DNA from: a virus
Lineage: Duplodnaviria > Heunggongvirae > Uroviricota > Caudoviricetes
Length of the DNA: 64,000 nt
Direction: 5' to 3' (one strand)
Virus record (IMG/VR): IMGVR_UViG_3300032318_002198
The position numbers and the translations under genes were made by a program. Under the pieces are notes generated by a model that made no database searches, was not told the origin of the DNA, and worked only from the letters and a program-made list of their open reading frames with translations. Below, piece after piece: positions 20,235 through 30,346 of the stretch. Numbering within the stretch: the stretch's first letter is position 1; each line of letters begins with the position of its first letter.

Positions 20235-20278
20235 TTCGTTAATAATTGAACTGTAGGTGGTTTACAGCGGGGTTTTCA

Positions 20279-20357
20279 GCCCCACTACGAACAAAAGAAA
20301 CCCACAGAACCTGCGCATGGGGCCCCACTACGAACAAAAGAAACCCACAGAACCTGC
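20279..20357 (+). repeat. 36-bp direct repeat x2
   Basis: GCCCCACTACGAACAAAAGAAACCCACAGAACCTGC at 20279 and 20322. Confidence 0.9.
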
Positions 20358-20425
20358 TTGTGGGGTAGGTTCACTTTCGCCCCACTACAAGGAGTATGGA
20401 ACCCAGTAATGTTGTAGTGAGGCCT

Positions 20426-20479
20426 TAGTGTAGTGTTTTAGTGTGTTATTGCTTGCGCTATGTATTTGTGTGCTATACT
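20426..20479 (+). promoter_or_regulatory. second copy of the rightward promoter
   Basis: same 32-mer as 18759, then TGCTATACT (extended -10). Confidence 0.6.
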
Positions 20480-20505
20480 ACTCACAGCAACAAAGAAAGC
20501 AAACT

Positions 20506-20670
20506 ATGGCGAAATTTGTATACAAGCAGACACAAACTTTTTATTTGCACATAGATGCAGACACGCAAGAGGAAGCAGACGCTATTGCGGAAAAAACGGA
20601 AACATATGCAGACGACGTATCTGCTACAGAGTTAACCGGCTGGGAGTTAGAGCTCCCCACTAATAGCTAA
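20506..20670 (+). CDS. small acidic protein
   Basis: MAKFVYKQ..IDADTQEEADAIAE; 54 aa, downstream of promoter. Confidence 0.6.
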   Translation: MAKFVYKQTQTFYLHIDADTQEEADAIAEKTETYADDVSATELTGWELELPTNS

Positions 20671-20759
20671 CTGGCAACTGATGCAGCTGACATGGGGTTT
20701 GCCCCACAGGATGCGCCCAGTTGCCTAAGAAAGCTGCCCTGGGGTCCTTGTGCCCCACT

Positions 20760-21080
20760 TCAGGGTTTCGATTCTTCGTCAACAGGTCCGTCGTTCACCT
20801 CACGGCAGTGAGCCAGACAGGCTTCAAGATTTTTCAGAGCCTCCTCCGGGGTGCTGATGCCAAGAGATATGTTCCGCACCCATTGAATACCGTTTGTGGC
20901 CATATCTGCCCACTCGTTTGCGGCGTGCTGCCAATTCTTTCGCTCCGGCTGCTCTAGCGCGGCGCGGAGGGCAAAACCGGCGCGCCTGCACTTGTCGCTT
21001 TGTGCTTTTGGCAAGAGCATTTGCAAAGACTCATCCAACGCTTCCAGCGCCTGATTAACAGCAACTATCAACTGATCCAT
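20760..21080 (-). CDS. hypothetical protein
   Basis: GAGGGG RBS; ALEAL..ALRAALEQ pattern typical of small phage proteins. Confidence 0.6.
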   Translation of the reverse strand: MDQLIVAVNQALEALDESLQMLLPKAQSDKCRRAGFALRAALEQPERKNWQHAANEWADMATNGIQWVRNISLGISTPEEALKNLEACLAHCREVNDGPVDEESKP

Positions 21081-21093
21081 GTTTCACCCCTCT

Positions 21094-21303
21094 TCAAAAA
21101 AGCTGATGTTGTCGCCATACATCTTTTGCCAGGTCAAGGTCCAGGGTATAGACCGCCATCACCAAGCAATATAGCCCCAAGGCAACGTAGTAGAACGGCA
21201 TCAACAACAGATTCCACAGTATGCGGACAGGGTTATGCAGTCGCATCTGATTCCAGTACCAACCACGCTTGTTGATTTCGAACTTGCCCACTTTTAAGTT
21301 CAT
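21094..21303 (-). CDS. small membrane protein
   Basis: hydrophobic segment; upstream TTGACT-17-TATACT promoter. Confidence 0.55.
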   Translation of the reverse strand: MNLKVGKFEINKRGWYWNQMRLHNPVRILWNLLLMPFYYVALGLYCLVMAVYTLDLDLAKDVWRQHQLF

Positions 21304-21412
21304 GTGTTGCCTCTATTGCCTATGTGTGCAGTATAGTTGATCCTGTGGTAGAAGTCAAGACCTTTGCAGCGGGGTTTATATATGCAAGGCCTCTACAGCG
21401 GGGTATTGCCGC

Positions 21413-21586
21413 TCAACTGCTCTTCAAGAAATCCGAAAGATGTCTCATAGACATACTGAGGAACGCGACGGAGCAAATAGCCCATGCACAGGCTGCTTCT
21501 TTGTTGCCTTCGCGGTATGCCGATACCCCAACGCCGATGAAGCACCCGGCAAGGATCGATCCTGCGATAAACATGAACAATGACAT
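21413..21586 (-). CDS. small membrane protein (below ORF-track cutoff)
   Basis: MSLFMFIAGSILAGCFIGVG..; AAGGA RBS and own promoter. Confidence 0.5.
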   Translation of the reverse strand: MSLFMFIAGSILAGCFIGVGVSAYREGNKEAACAWAICSVAFLSMSMRHLSDFLKSS

Positions 21587-21656
21587 TGTAGTTCCTTATT
21601 CCTGTGTTGCGATATGAGTACTATAGCAAATGCCGAAGACCCTGTCAACCGAAAGG

Positions 21657-21899
21657 TTATTGCCGTCGCATCCTGCCCCACACACGAGCAAAGAAAGTCT
21701 TAGGTTCTTGTTGCGGGGCCCACCATGCACCCTCTTCACCGCAGGATGTACGAATTGATGGGCCGGGCGTCCTGTGAGTAGTACAGAAGATCCAGTGATA
21801 AGCGATCTTGCCCGTGTCTGCATCGATCCAGTCGATATTCTGTGGGGCAAGGCATTGCTGTGTTTGATGATGACGGCAAGTGGAACAGTCGCGTGACAT
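21657..21899 (-). CDS. small Cys-rich hypothetical protein
   Basis: CSTCRH..C..C..CGEEG. Confidence 0.55.
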   Translation of the reverse strand: MSRDCSTCRHHQTQQCLAPQNIDWIDADTGKIAYHWIFCTTHRTPGPSIRTSCGEEGAWWAPQQEPKTFFARVWGRMRRQ

Positions 21900-22222
21900 A
21901 CAGTTTTACCTCACTCCGGAATCAGTTTGGTGCCACTGTGCAGGTAAATCTCTGCCCCTGGACGACACGTCCACACAGCAGCTTCGAGTATCTCAAAGAT
22001 GAGCTTCGTCTCGAGGGGTTGATTCACGCTGCGATAGTGACGAAAATGACCCTTCGTTTGGCAGATGATCATCTGTGCCGTATGATTGTCGACCTTCATC
22101 AGTGAGATGCCGTTTTCGTCTCGGATCATGTAATTCATAATATAATTCACAGCCGACTCCTTTGTGTTACACAATACCGATATGTTAACACTGATCAAAA
22201 ACCCTGTCAATTCAACGGGCTT

Positions 22223-22720
22223 TTAGATAAGACCCCGTTCGGCGAAACTGACAACCGAGTTGCCTACGACAAAGTGATCCAAGACTCGAACATCCACCAA
22301 CTGTAGGGATGACTTGAGGGTTTGTGTCAAGTATTCATCTGCTCGCGAAGGTTCTGCTGAGCCTGAGGGATGATTGTGTGCAAGCACCACAGCAGCTGAA
22401 TTCAGCAGGATAGACTCGCGTACTACCTCCCGAGGGTATACACTGGTCTGCGTTAGTGTCCCGCGGAACAAGGTGCGAGCTTCGATCAAGCGATGATGAG
22501 CATCAAGGAACAACACAGCAAACTCCTCACGACCCTGCTGCGATGCTTCGGCGAAGTAGAGTCTGAGGTAATCTTTGATGCTCACAGGGCTATCGAATAT
22601 CGGTCCCGTGCGAACACGAGCCGACAAGATACGTAGAGCCTGTGCTACGATGTCCTCATCGGTTGACGATGAGTGGTTGACAACGTACACAGGGGGATCA
22701 CACGACTGAGCAGTTGTCAT
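22223..22720 (-). CDS. radC: RadC-like JAB-domain protein
   Basis: [33 protein letters not shown]. Confidence 0.9.
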   Translation of the reverse strand: MTTAQSCDPPVYVVNHSSSTDEDIVAQALRILSARVRTGPIFDSPVSIKDYLRLYFAEASQQGREEFAVLFLDAHHRLIEARTLFRGTLTQTSVYPREVVRESILLNSAAVVLAHNHPSGSAEPSRADEYLTQTLKSSLQLVDVRVLDHFVVGNSVVSFAERGLI

Positions 22721-23003
22721 GCTGTTCCCCTTGCGATTATCGCTTGATGTTCTTCTTGCTCTTCTGAGGAGCGCGGGATTGTTCGGCGAACGTGGCCGGT
22801 TTGGTTCCCACTGCGTGTTCTGCGGCCCAGATCAACACAACCTTGTCCTTCTCGGCTTGGAGTTTCCGTTGATTCTCGGGGAGCATGTATGCAGGCATGG
22901 CTTGACGGGTTTTGGACACGATTTGGGTTCCTTGTTGTTGAGCGAGTGATTAGATTATAGCAGGGTCTCAGTAAAATACAAAGACCCTGCTATGTGTACG
23001 GAT

Positions 23004-23318
23004 TTAGGCCATCTCCGCTTCACGTGCAGCAGCACGGGCACGAGCCTCACGCTTACGGATCGCATCGGGCGTCATGCTCAACGTGCGAGCGGGCTTTGCA
23101 GCAGGTGCAGCAGGCGCAGCAGCAACGGGCGCAGCGAGCACAGCAGCTTCAGCGCGGTCCCAGTTGGACTTGATGTAAGCACGCGCCAGTTGACGTGCGA
23201 AGCCGAGGCCCATCACTGCCGGGATGACGGACACTTGGTCTTGTCCGTTGCTCTTAGCTGCGGCGATAATATCGCGCACACGTTGGGCCTTGGAGTTCTT
23301 TTGCAAGGTATTTGCCAT
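23004..23318 (-). CDS. basic Ala-rich hypothetical protein
   Basis: AAGGA RBS, own promoter; basic C-terminal tail. Confidence 0.6.
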   Translation of the reverse strand: MANTLQKNSKAQRVRDIIAAAKSNGQDQVSVIPAVMGLGFARQLARAYIKSNWDRAEAAVLAAPVAAAPAAPAAKPARTLSMTPDAIRKREARARAAAREAEMA

Positions 23319-23960
23319 TTCTGTTTCCTTTCACTGCAACATCGCAGTACTAGTAATGTAACACAGATCAGAAACCCTATCAACCGACAGGGTATTCTGA
23401 TTTCAACGCTTTTGGCGCTTGGTCTTCATTTCGCGATTGGCCTCAGAACGAGCAGCCTTGTTCGCAGCCGCGCGGCGCTTGCGAGCCAGTTCCAGCATGC
23501 GCTCTTGGGGATCATCCTCCATCGCCATGAGACCCATAGTAGCACGAAGATCGTTCGCTTGCTTCCGATTCATCTCAACTCCTGAGTGGCTACTGCAACT
23601 TCGCAGTATCAATAATGTAATAGGATTGAAAAACCCTGTCAATCACTTGGATATAGTTTTTTCTGTGTTACAACGATGTATGGCGTTAGCACCAAAAAGA
23701 AACCATATCAACCGATCGGGTATTACCCCATTCTGCTCGATCACTGGGCCTTCTTCGCCTTTCGTGGGGATGGCCCCACGTTTCGTCGTCCTGGTTCTTC
23801 TGCGATCGTGTGGGGTTCTACAGCCCCACAAAACGATACCCAGTGGACCTAGATAGGACATGGGGTAACAAACCCCGTGAGAAGATCACCTAGTGAACCT
23901 AAGTGATCAGTGAGAGTGATGTGATGATCTAACCACTATGAAAGTGGTTAGATGATGTGG

Positions 23961-24422
23961 TTAGGTTTGGAGTTGGAGTTGTTCCAACTTTGCCATAATC
24001 TCTGTGTAGAAGATTTGATATTTGACCATACGGGCGATATCCTTTTCAGTAATGCCCTTGAGTCTACGGATATCTGTGTTGTGACGTAGATCCGCAAGTT
24101 TTACACGCATAGCATCCACGTTTGCAAATACAGTTTGTTTGTATTCGTCGTAGGTCTGTCCGGGCTGTTTAGTCAAGGCTGTTATGCCCTTGATTACACG
24201 TTCAGTGATTCCTGCTTCACGCAAGTCCTTATATGTAACGTTGGTATCTTCAATGACATCGTGCCCCAGAGCAATGCTCATGAGTTCTTCGTCATCCGTC
24301 TTAAGATAGTGCATAACCTTAAGGGGATGGAGGATATAGGGGTTGCCACCCTTGTCGTATTGTCCAGCATGAGCATTAGTGACTATCACCAACATCTTGC
24401 CTAATAGTTCGCCTTTTTTCAT
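23961..24422 (-). CDS. HD-domain (p)ppGpp hydrolase-like protein (MESH1/SpoT-HD family)
   Basis: AHAGQYDKGGNPYILHP, GHDVIEDT, VKLADLRHN. Confidence 0.8.
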   Translation of the reverse strand: MKKGELLGKMLVIVTNAHAGQYDKGGNPYILHPLKVMHYLKTDDEELMSIALGHDVIEDTNVTYKDLREAGITERVIKGITALTKQPGQTYDEYKQTVFANVDAMRVKLADLRHNTDIRRLKGITEKDIARMVKYQIFYTEIMAKLEQLQLQT

Positions 24423-24519
24423 AGTTGCCTAATTGTTGTACAGCGGGGTTTATATATGTAAGAACCTTACAGCGGGGTATTTACGTTCTTGCTATATACA
24501 TACTTGTAGTATATTGCCA

Positions 24520-24750
24520 TCACAGTGTAGTGTCAAGAGACCAACCTTCTATCTCAAGTTCTTCCACAGCTTGGTTAAATAGATCTTCCCAAAAGTGTAC
24601 ACTTTCTGCTACCCTAATATCTTTCTTTCTTTTTGAAAGATGAGTTCCTTTTTGGTATACGATCCACACATGATTTTCGCAATAGCTACGATTAGGCACA
24701 GTGGGATGTGTACAACCCTCTCCATGTCCTATCCAAGTACAAGTTTTCAT
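24520..24750 (-). CDS. small Cys/His zinc-binding protein
   Basis: CTWIG..GC..SYCENH. Confidence 0.6.
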   Translation of the reverse strand: MKTCTWIGHGEGCTHPTVPNRSYCENHVWIVYQKGTHLSKRKKDIRVAESVHFWEDLFNQAVEELEIEGWSLDTTL

Positions 24751-24980
24751 TTCCCCTCCTCCAAGATTCTGTCAATGTCACGACGTTCCTTGGGGGAAGC
24801 ATTCTTGTAATATTGTATACCGACCATGACTCCATTACGATAAGCAATGAATTCTAATACTAGAACGATAGCTAGAAAAGAAAGGATCAACCACCAATGA
24901 GTGCCTGTGGGGTCAACAGCATAAGCCATTAACCCTACACAAGACAACGCCGCAAGTTTTTGTAACCAAGTATTAATCAT
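24747..24980 (-). CDS. small membrane protein
   Basis: two hydrophobic segments; ATGA overlaps with neighbours. Confidence 0.6.
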   Translation of the reverse strand: MINTWLQKLAALSCVGLMAYAVDPTGTHWWLILSFLAIVLVLEFIAYRNGVMVGIQYYKNASPKERRDIDRILEEGK

Positions 24981-25843
24981 GTGCGACGCATAACTGTAGT
25001 CTTTGCCATAGCTTGCCAGTTTTCTGGAAATGCTTCGCGTAAATCTGCAACCTTCAGGATTGTTCTCAATGACAGTTCTCGGAGATTGTCTTGATTACCT
25101 ACTACAAATTCGACTACTTCGTCCTTGGCAATATCGGATAAACCATCTCGATCATCTAACATTCCATCATCGACTACTTGTTTAATTCTTAGCATTCTTT
25201 CTCGAGTTGTTGACATCTCGAGGTCAATATAATGACAACGTGATTCTAATGCTTCGAGGTGGGCACGAATCTTTTTACTACGAACAAGATCAAACTTAAT
25301 ATTGGTGATAAAAATGGCACTCCCACTGAACTCAAATCGGTCCGGAATGCCTTCTGAACGAAGAATACGACTATCGGTGTTCCATGCGATCCATCTTCGT
25401 TTACTCGAATCCAGTGCTCCTTTGAGCAAATTCAACGATAATTCATCCATAAGGATATCGTCACAGTCATCGAAGACTAGTACGTTCTTAGGCTTGGAAT
25501 ATTCGTAGAGTTTAGAATAAAGGCCGATTGCCGATGAAGCACCCTTGACAATCTCGTATCTGGGTTTCTTTTCGGCGATGGTATTGAATAGATCGTCTTT
25601 TTGGAGCACTTCTTCTACTCCAAAACTCTTGCCCACACCCGGTGGACCACTAACGATCATAGCACGAACAATGCCTTGTTTTACAGCCTTGGTCATGTCT
25701 GTGAGGATTTGAAATCTCTCACGTAATCGATCAATGATTTGTTGATCGGTTTCTCTAGCTACTGCTAGTTCTCTCTGTTTGATTGCATCCGAATCAAATT
25801 CGAGAATTGTACTGCCTTTATCTGCTTTCGATGGTCTACCCAT
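24977..25843 (-). CDS. AAA+ family ATPase
   Basis: GPPGVGKS, VFDDCD, IFITN, ALESRC. Confidence 0.85.
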   Translation of the reverse strand: MGRPSKADKGSTILEFDSDAIKQRELAVARETDQQIIDRLRERFQILTDMTKAVKQGIVRAMIVSGPPGVGKSFGVEEVLQKDDLFNTIAEKKPRYEIVKGASSAIGLYSKLYEYSKPKNVLVFDDCDDILMDELSLNLLKGALDSSKRRWIAWNTDSRILRSEGIPDRFEFSGSAIFITNIKFDLVRSKKIRAHLEALESRCHYIDLEMSTTRERMLRIKQVVDDGMLDDRDGLSDIAKDEVVEFVVGNQDNLRELSLRTILKVADLREAFPENWQAMAKTTVMRRT

Positions 25844-26116
25844 TAAATTACCTCCGATTGGTTATAACATTTGTGTATTATAACCTCTCGGGGGTATTAA
25901 AGTCAATCGCGTTCTCGTCCAAGTCGATTTTGTATCAATGCTTTTCGGCGTTCTTCCCAATCACGATCTTCTCTGGTGGGTTTGGGTGCAGGCTTGCGAC
26001 CACTGACAGTAACAGGTTCATCATTTTGGATGTCCAGGGAATCCTCGTTGTCAAAATCGAGGTAATCATCTGGGTTAATACGCGGCACTTTCTTTCTCCT
26101 TTGGGTTTTAAATGTT

Positions 26117-26193
<77 letters not shown>

Positions 26194-26229
26194 ACATTGA
26201 TCTTATTATATGGTGGATTTATTTATCCG

Positions 26230-26442
26230 TCAAGATTCTGACTTAGTGATACTCGGCTTGAACAAAAACGAACACAATATCGAAATCCCCCAAGCCTGTA
26301 GCCAGGTAATTTCATTCACACCGGTGATTGCACCGACCAAAGCTTTGTTCCACAACCACCAAACGGGCAATGACAACACTGCACTGAGCAGCACACCGAT
26401 AATAATCGTGCCAATGAAAACCGTTACTACGTTCATGTTCAA
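26230..26442 (-). CDS. small membrane protein
   Basis: hydrophobic; WWLWN..ITWLQAWG. Confidence 0.6.
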   Translation of the reverse strand: MNMNVVTVFIGTIIIGVLLSAVLSLPVWWLWNKALVGAITGVNEITWLQAWGISILCSFLFKPSITKSES

Positions 26443-26668
26443 ACTCCAAACAGAAAGTAATCCAACTCAACAGTCAGTTGAGCACTCTTTTGTTCTTCTG
26501 CAATCTCTTGCAGTTCAGCGTTGGTTTCCTGTTCAACACCTTCAACGAACAAAGCCCACAAAGAGTCATGACGTTCTTCGACGCTATTACGCTTTACAAA
26601 TGCAATATATTTCATATCGACTCCTGTGTGTTACTGTTCTTGCAGTTTATGCTCGAACAAAGACCCTG

Positions 26669-26884
26669 TCAACCAATCGAGTATGTTTCGCCGCGGCGCA
26701 CGCCAATCTTGTCCAACAGTTCCTCGTTCGTTATGCTCAGCCGGCAAAGTTCCACAGCGGCCTGATCCATCTGGGCCAGTGTCACGCCCGTGTGGTCTTG
26801 CCGCTTCCGGGCAGGCCACGAATACGTACCAATTCCATTGTGTTCTCCTGTGTTTGTAAAGCCCGCCGAAGCGGGCTGGTTCAT
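26669..26884 (-). CDS. hypothetical protein
   Basis: ATG overlaps (ATGA) the restored stop of the upstream gene. Confidence 0.5.
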   Translation of the reverse strand: MNQPASAGFTNTGEHNGIGTYSWPARKRQDHTGVTLAQMDQAAVELCRLSITNEELLDKIGVRRGETYSIG

Positions 26885-27505
26885 GCTTCGATCAACCGTT
26901 CCAGCAGCATGCAAGGGTCGAAGGTTTCCCACGGCCCCGCCGCCTGTGCCACCGTCACCACCGCACAGCGCTGACCCGCGCCGGCCAGCGCCGCCCACGC
27001 CGCCGCCGCCGCCGTCTCCGCCGCCTCCGCCGCCTCCGCCGCCTCCGCCGGCCAGCGCCGCTTCCGCCGCCTCCGCCGCCTCCCTCGCCGCCTCCGCCGC
27101 AGCCTTTGTGCGCTCGGTGGTCATGGTCCGCCATTCACGGCCAAACCCGTGTTTGTCCGCCAACGGTTGGAGCGTAGGCAACACAGCACCCCACATCCAA
27201 TCCAAAATTATGGCTAGGCGTTCCTTTTCCTTCGCCCGCCCTGTACCCGCTGCGCGTGGCAGCAGAGACTTCCAACGGTCGGAGTTGCGCATGTTGTCGG
27301 GCATGGAATCTTGTACTTCGATGATCCACTTGCCGATTACCTTGGACATGCAATCCGGGATATCGTCGGTGAGTTCTCCGGTCAAGGCGAGATTGATTGC
27401 GGCGATGGAGCATGCCGCCTCTTCGTTGCCCAAGCCCGAAGGCAGGGTCATGCCGGCCAGCTTTGCAGCGATGGCGGTGTGTTGTTCAAGTGTGATAGTG
27501 CTCAT
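26881..27505 (-). pseudogene. Ala-rich repeat protein with an apparent 1-nt frameshift near 27050
   Basis: AAEAAR repeats turn into poly-Gly; removing one base restores AAEAAE..WETFDPCMLLERLIEA*. Confidence 0.65.
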
Positions 27506-27802
27506 TTGGTTTCTCCTGTGTCTCAGTGTGTGTACTATAACAGAGCTCAAAGACCCAGTCAAGTCCGATTAAGGTGGTTTAGGAGTGCGTCTGCGGGCGT
27601 GTCGCACGGGTCGCTCCAAGGGCTTAGGTCTTCGATCACGTGGCAGATTACGATACCATCGGGATCTAGGATCTCGCGAGTGTAGATTTTGCCCGAAGTG
27701 TAGTCTTCTACAAGATCGCCTTTGGTGTACATTTCTTGCTCCTATCGTTTCAATGTATGTACTATAACAGAGCTCAAAGACCCAGTCAATCGACGGGTCA
27801 TT

Positions 27803-27837
27803 AAAAAAGACTTAGTATGTCCCCACACTAAGTCTTT
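27803..27837 (-). terminator. intrinsic terminator
   Basis: AAAGACTTAGT/ACTAAGTCTTT stem with T-run on the minus strand. Confidence 0.65.
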
Positions 27838-27864
27838 GCCTGTCGGATACAGTATTAGTGGGGT

Positions 27865-28110
27865 TTAGACCAAACGTCCTGCACGACTTCCGGTGACATC
27901 ACGTGCGCTGATTCTGTATGCGCTACGACCTTCGGTGTTTGTATTACGTTGAACACGTAGGCCAACACTGCGTAGCTCGCTCATGCGAGCACGTAGATTC
28001 ATGATGCCAAATGTTGAACGAGCTTGTGCTGCACTGAGAGTGCGGCCTGTACCACGCAAGTATTGCTCGAGAAATTCATTCTGCGTGACTGTTAGTGTTG
28101 TAAAACTCAT
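27865..28110 (-). CDS. winged helix-turn-helix DNA-binding protein
   Basis: GRTLSAAQARSTFGIMNLRARMSELRSVGL..Y. Confidence 0.65.
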   Translation of the reverse strand: MSFTTLTVTQNEFLEQYLRGTGRTLSAAQARSTFGIMNLRARMSELRSVGLRVQRNTNTEGRSAYRISARDVTGSRAGRLV

Positions 28111-28191
28111 TTTGTTTTCCTTAATCAGAACTGCTTTTAAACAGTTATAATTAAGTATAAACAAAGTGATTAGGTATTACAACTCTCAATC

Positions 28192-28410
28192 TTACCAAAT
28201 TCCGTATTTAAATTCCTTGTTTACATAGTGCTCAATCAACTTACGTTGACACGATGTAATCAAGTCGCCATCATTATCCAGTACAATGAATCTCACTGGA
28301 CAAGTTCCCCACCCGCCTGTGCGGAGGAAGGCAGCAAACCATTTGCGATGTTCCTTGTTCGATGGATCAAACGAAACAAGTGGCCTGGAAAAGAAAGACA
28401 GTCTGCTCAT
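28192..28410 (-). CDS. hypothetical protein
   Basis: FDPSNKEHR..WGTCPVRF. Confidence 0.6.
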   Translation of the reverse strand: MSRLSFFSRPLVSFDPSNKEHRKWFAAFLRTGGWGTCPVRFIVLDNDGDLITSCQRKLIEHYVNKEFKYGIW

Positions 28411-28514
28411 AATTCCATGCTGTAGTTATTGTAGGTCGGGACGCTTTGATAACAAAGTCATTTAAGAATACGCTTCGGTGCGACTCTCCCAGTGCCTCAC
28501 ACGGCAGGGGGTAT

Positions 28515-28937
28515 TTAGAACGGAGCGTCTTCGAGAGCAGCATCCGCCTTGGTGGCAGTTGCTTGCTCCTTGGTCACCGTGCTCTTGGGCGCAGTCTTCT
28601 TCGGAGCAGTCTTCTTGGCAGCAATGCCTTCCAGGGTGGGTTTGGCCTTCTTGGCCTTGGGTTCCTTGGCAACCTTGGAATTCCGTTTGTCGTCCTCTGC
28701 AAGCAGTGCGGCATGCACTTCACGATTGGTGACACCATCCTTGGTTGCGAAATCGATGCTGAGCATGTATGCCACAGCAGCCTCTTTGGTCATCGGCTCA
28801 CGCAATTCGATGAGGTCGATATCGGTATGGCCATTCTTCTGCAGGACCTTGACACGGGTCATGTCATTTGCAAAACGAACAGTCATTTCACCATTGAGGC
28901 GGCTCACTCCGGCAATCGAAAAAGTTTTATCAGTCAT
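28515..28937 (-). CDS. hypothetical protein with Lys/Ala-rich histone-like tail
   Basis: AAGGA RBS; KKTAPKKTAPK tail. Confidence 0.65.
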   Translation of the reverse strand: MTDKTFSIAGVSRLNGEMTVRFANDMTRVKVLQKNGHTDIDLIELREPMTKEAAVAYMLSIDFATKDGVTNREVHAALLAEDDKRNSKVAKEPKAKKAKPTLEGIAAKKTAPKKTAPKSTVTKEQATATKADAALEDAPF

Positions 28938-30085
28938 ATCATCTTCCTTTCTGTGTATGTGTAAGTTGACCTGCTTTCGCAGTGTTATTATTATGCAGTC
29001 AATTGAATATTCTGTCAACCAGAAGTTGTGTTGCTTTTAAGTAACATCAAAAGCTACTCTGTCCAAAATATCTTGCACAGGTAGATCAGGTGTTTCCCAC
29101 ACTTGTGCAGTCAGTTCTTGTTGGAAACTTAGCAAGGTTCCATCACTAAGCCGCAAAGCATTGACTACAGAGATTCGATACTCGGGTTCGAGTGAATTGA
29201 TCATCGTATTGATACGGACATCAAGAGCGGTCATTTTCATCCTTATCCAAACGAACAAAAGCATAGACTACGGCAGAAATGAAAATTCCCAGTCCGAGTC
29301 CTATTGCTAGAGAAAGAGCGTCAATTTCCATCATGACTCCTGTGTATGTTGTACAAAGTATAACAGGGACATAAGTCCCTGTCAAGTACAGAAGCCTCGT
29401 TGGCTTACGGGTTTTTACGAGGGCGCCCACGTTTGCGCGGTTGGGTAACCTCAACTTCTGCGGATTTGTCATCGTCGTTGTCGTTGTCGTTGAAAACACG
29501 ACCCGCGATGTGACGCAACCCCCAAGTGAATACTTGTACAGTACCACCAGTAGAACTGCGATATTCTTGCAATGGCTTGTTCATAGTTTCCTTGTGAACT
29601 GTTTCAAAATGGGTTCAGCTAGATCCGTTGTCTGCACTTCATCGAATGCAGCGGCAATCATCAATTCATAGACCACTCTAGCCACATGGCCATATGTATG
29701 AATGATCTCCTGGACCTGCTCTATATTTTCAGCAGACCACAGGAGATCAGCGATTGCATGCTGTTGAGCCGTTGCCAGCTCAAGTTGCATTAGGCGAGGA
29801 TCCCCTTGATGTTGTGCAAACCCACCATTACGACATGGCCGGGCTCGATTTCAACACCAATACCGCTCCAGGTGCTGTTGCCGAACTTGACCGTTCGCTT
29901 TTCCTTGACGATACCCACCTTGTGGCTCATGCCCACTCGTTCCTTGTTGAAACGACCGAGTTGAACAACGGTACCGGGTTGAACTGCTGCATACTTGACC
30001 ATTTTGTGCTCCTTTGCTAGGTCAGTTGAAAAAACTTACTGTTCTTGCAGTTTAACAGAGTCCTAAAACCCTGTCAACCTACGGG

Positions 30086-30346
30086 TTATTGCGACATCTT
30101 GAAAACTTCTTGACGGAACTCGTTGAACGTGCCCACAAACGTGCCACGATAGCGATCGCTGTTCAAACGACCTTGTGCCTTGGCACGACCCAGTGCCTTG
30201 ACAAAATTCTCACGCGAACTGCACTGGGCTTTGGCATAAACCACACCGCCGGGGATTTCCCTGTAGGCAAATGTGACACCGCCGAAATTGCTGATCTCAT
30301 CCTTGTGATCCAGATTGCGAACGTGCATGAAATGAACTTTTTCCAT
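30086..30346 (-). CDS. hypothetical protein
   Basis: AGGAG RBS, own promoter; AQCSSRENFVKALGRAKA. Confidence 0.65.
   Translation of the reverse strand: MEKVHFMHVRNLDHKDEISNFGGVTFAYREIPGGVVYAKAQCSSRENFVKALGRAKAQGRLNSDRYRGTFVGTFNEFRQEVFKMSQ

Noticed and set aside
20279-20392. mini-CRISPR from the 36-bp repeat
   Set aside because: Only 7 nt between copies; it is a tandem duplication.
26790-27572. 260-aa proline-rich ORF on the + strand
   Set aside because: Antisense shadow of the GCG-repeat gene; promoter and RBS are on the minus strand.
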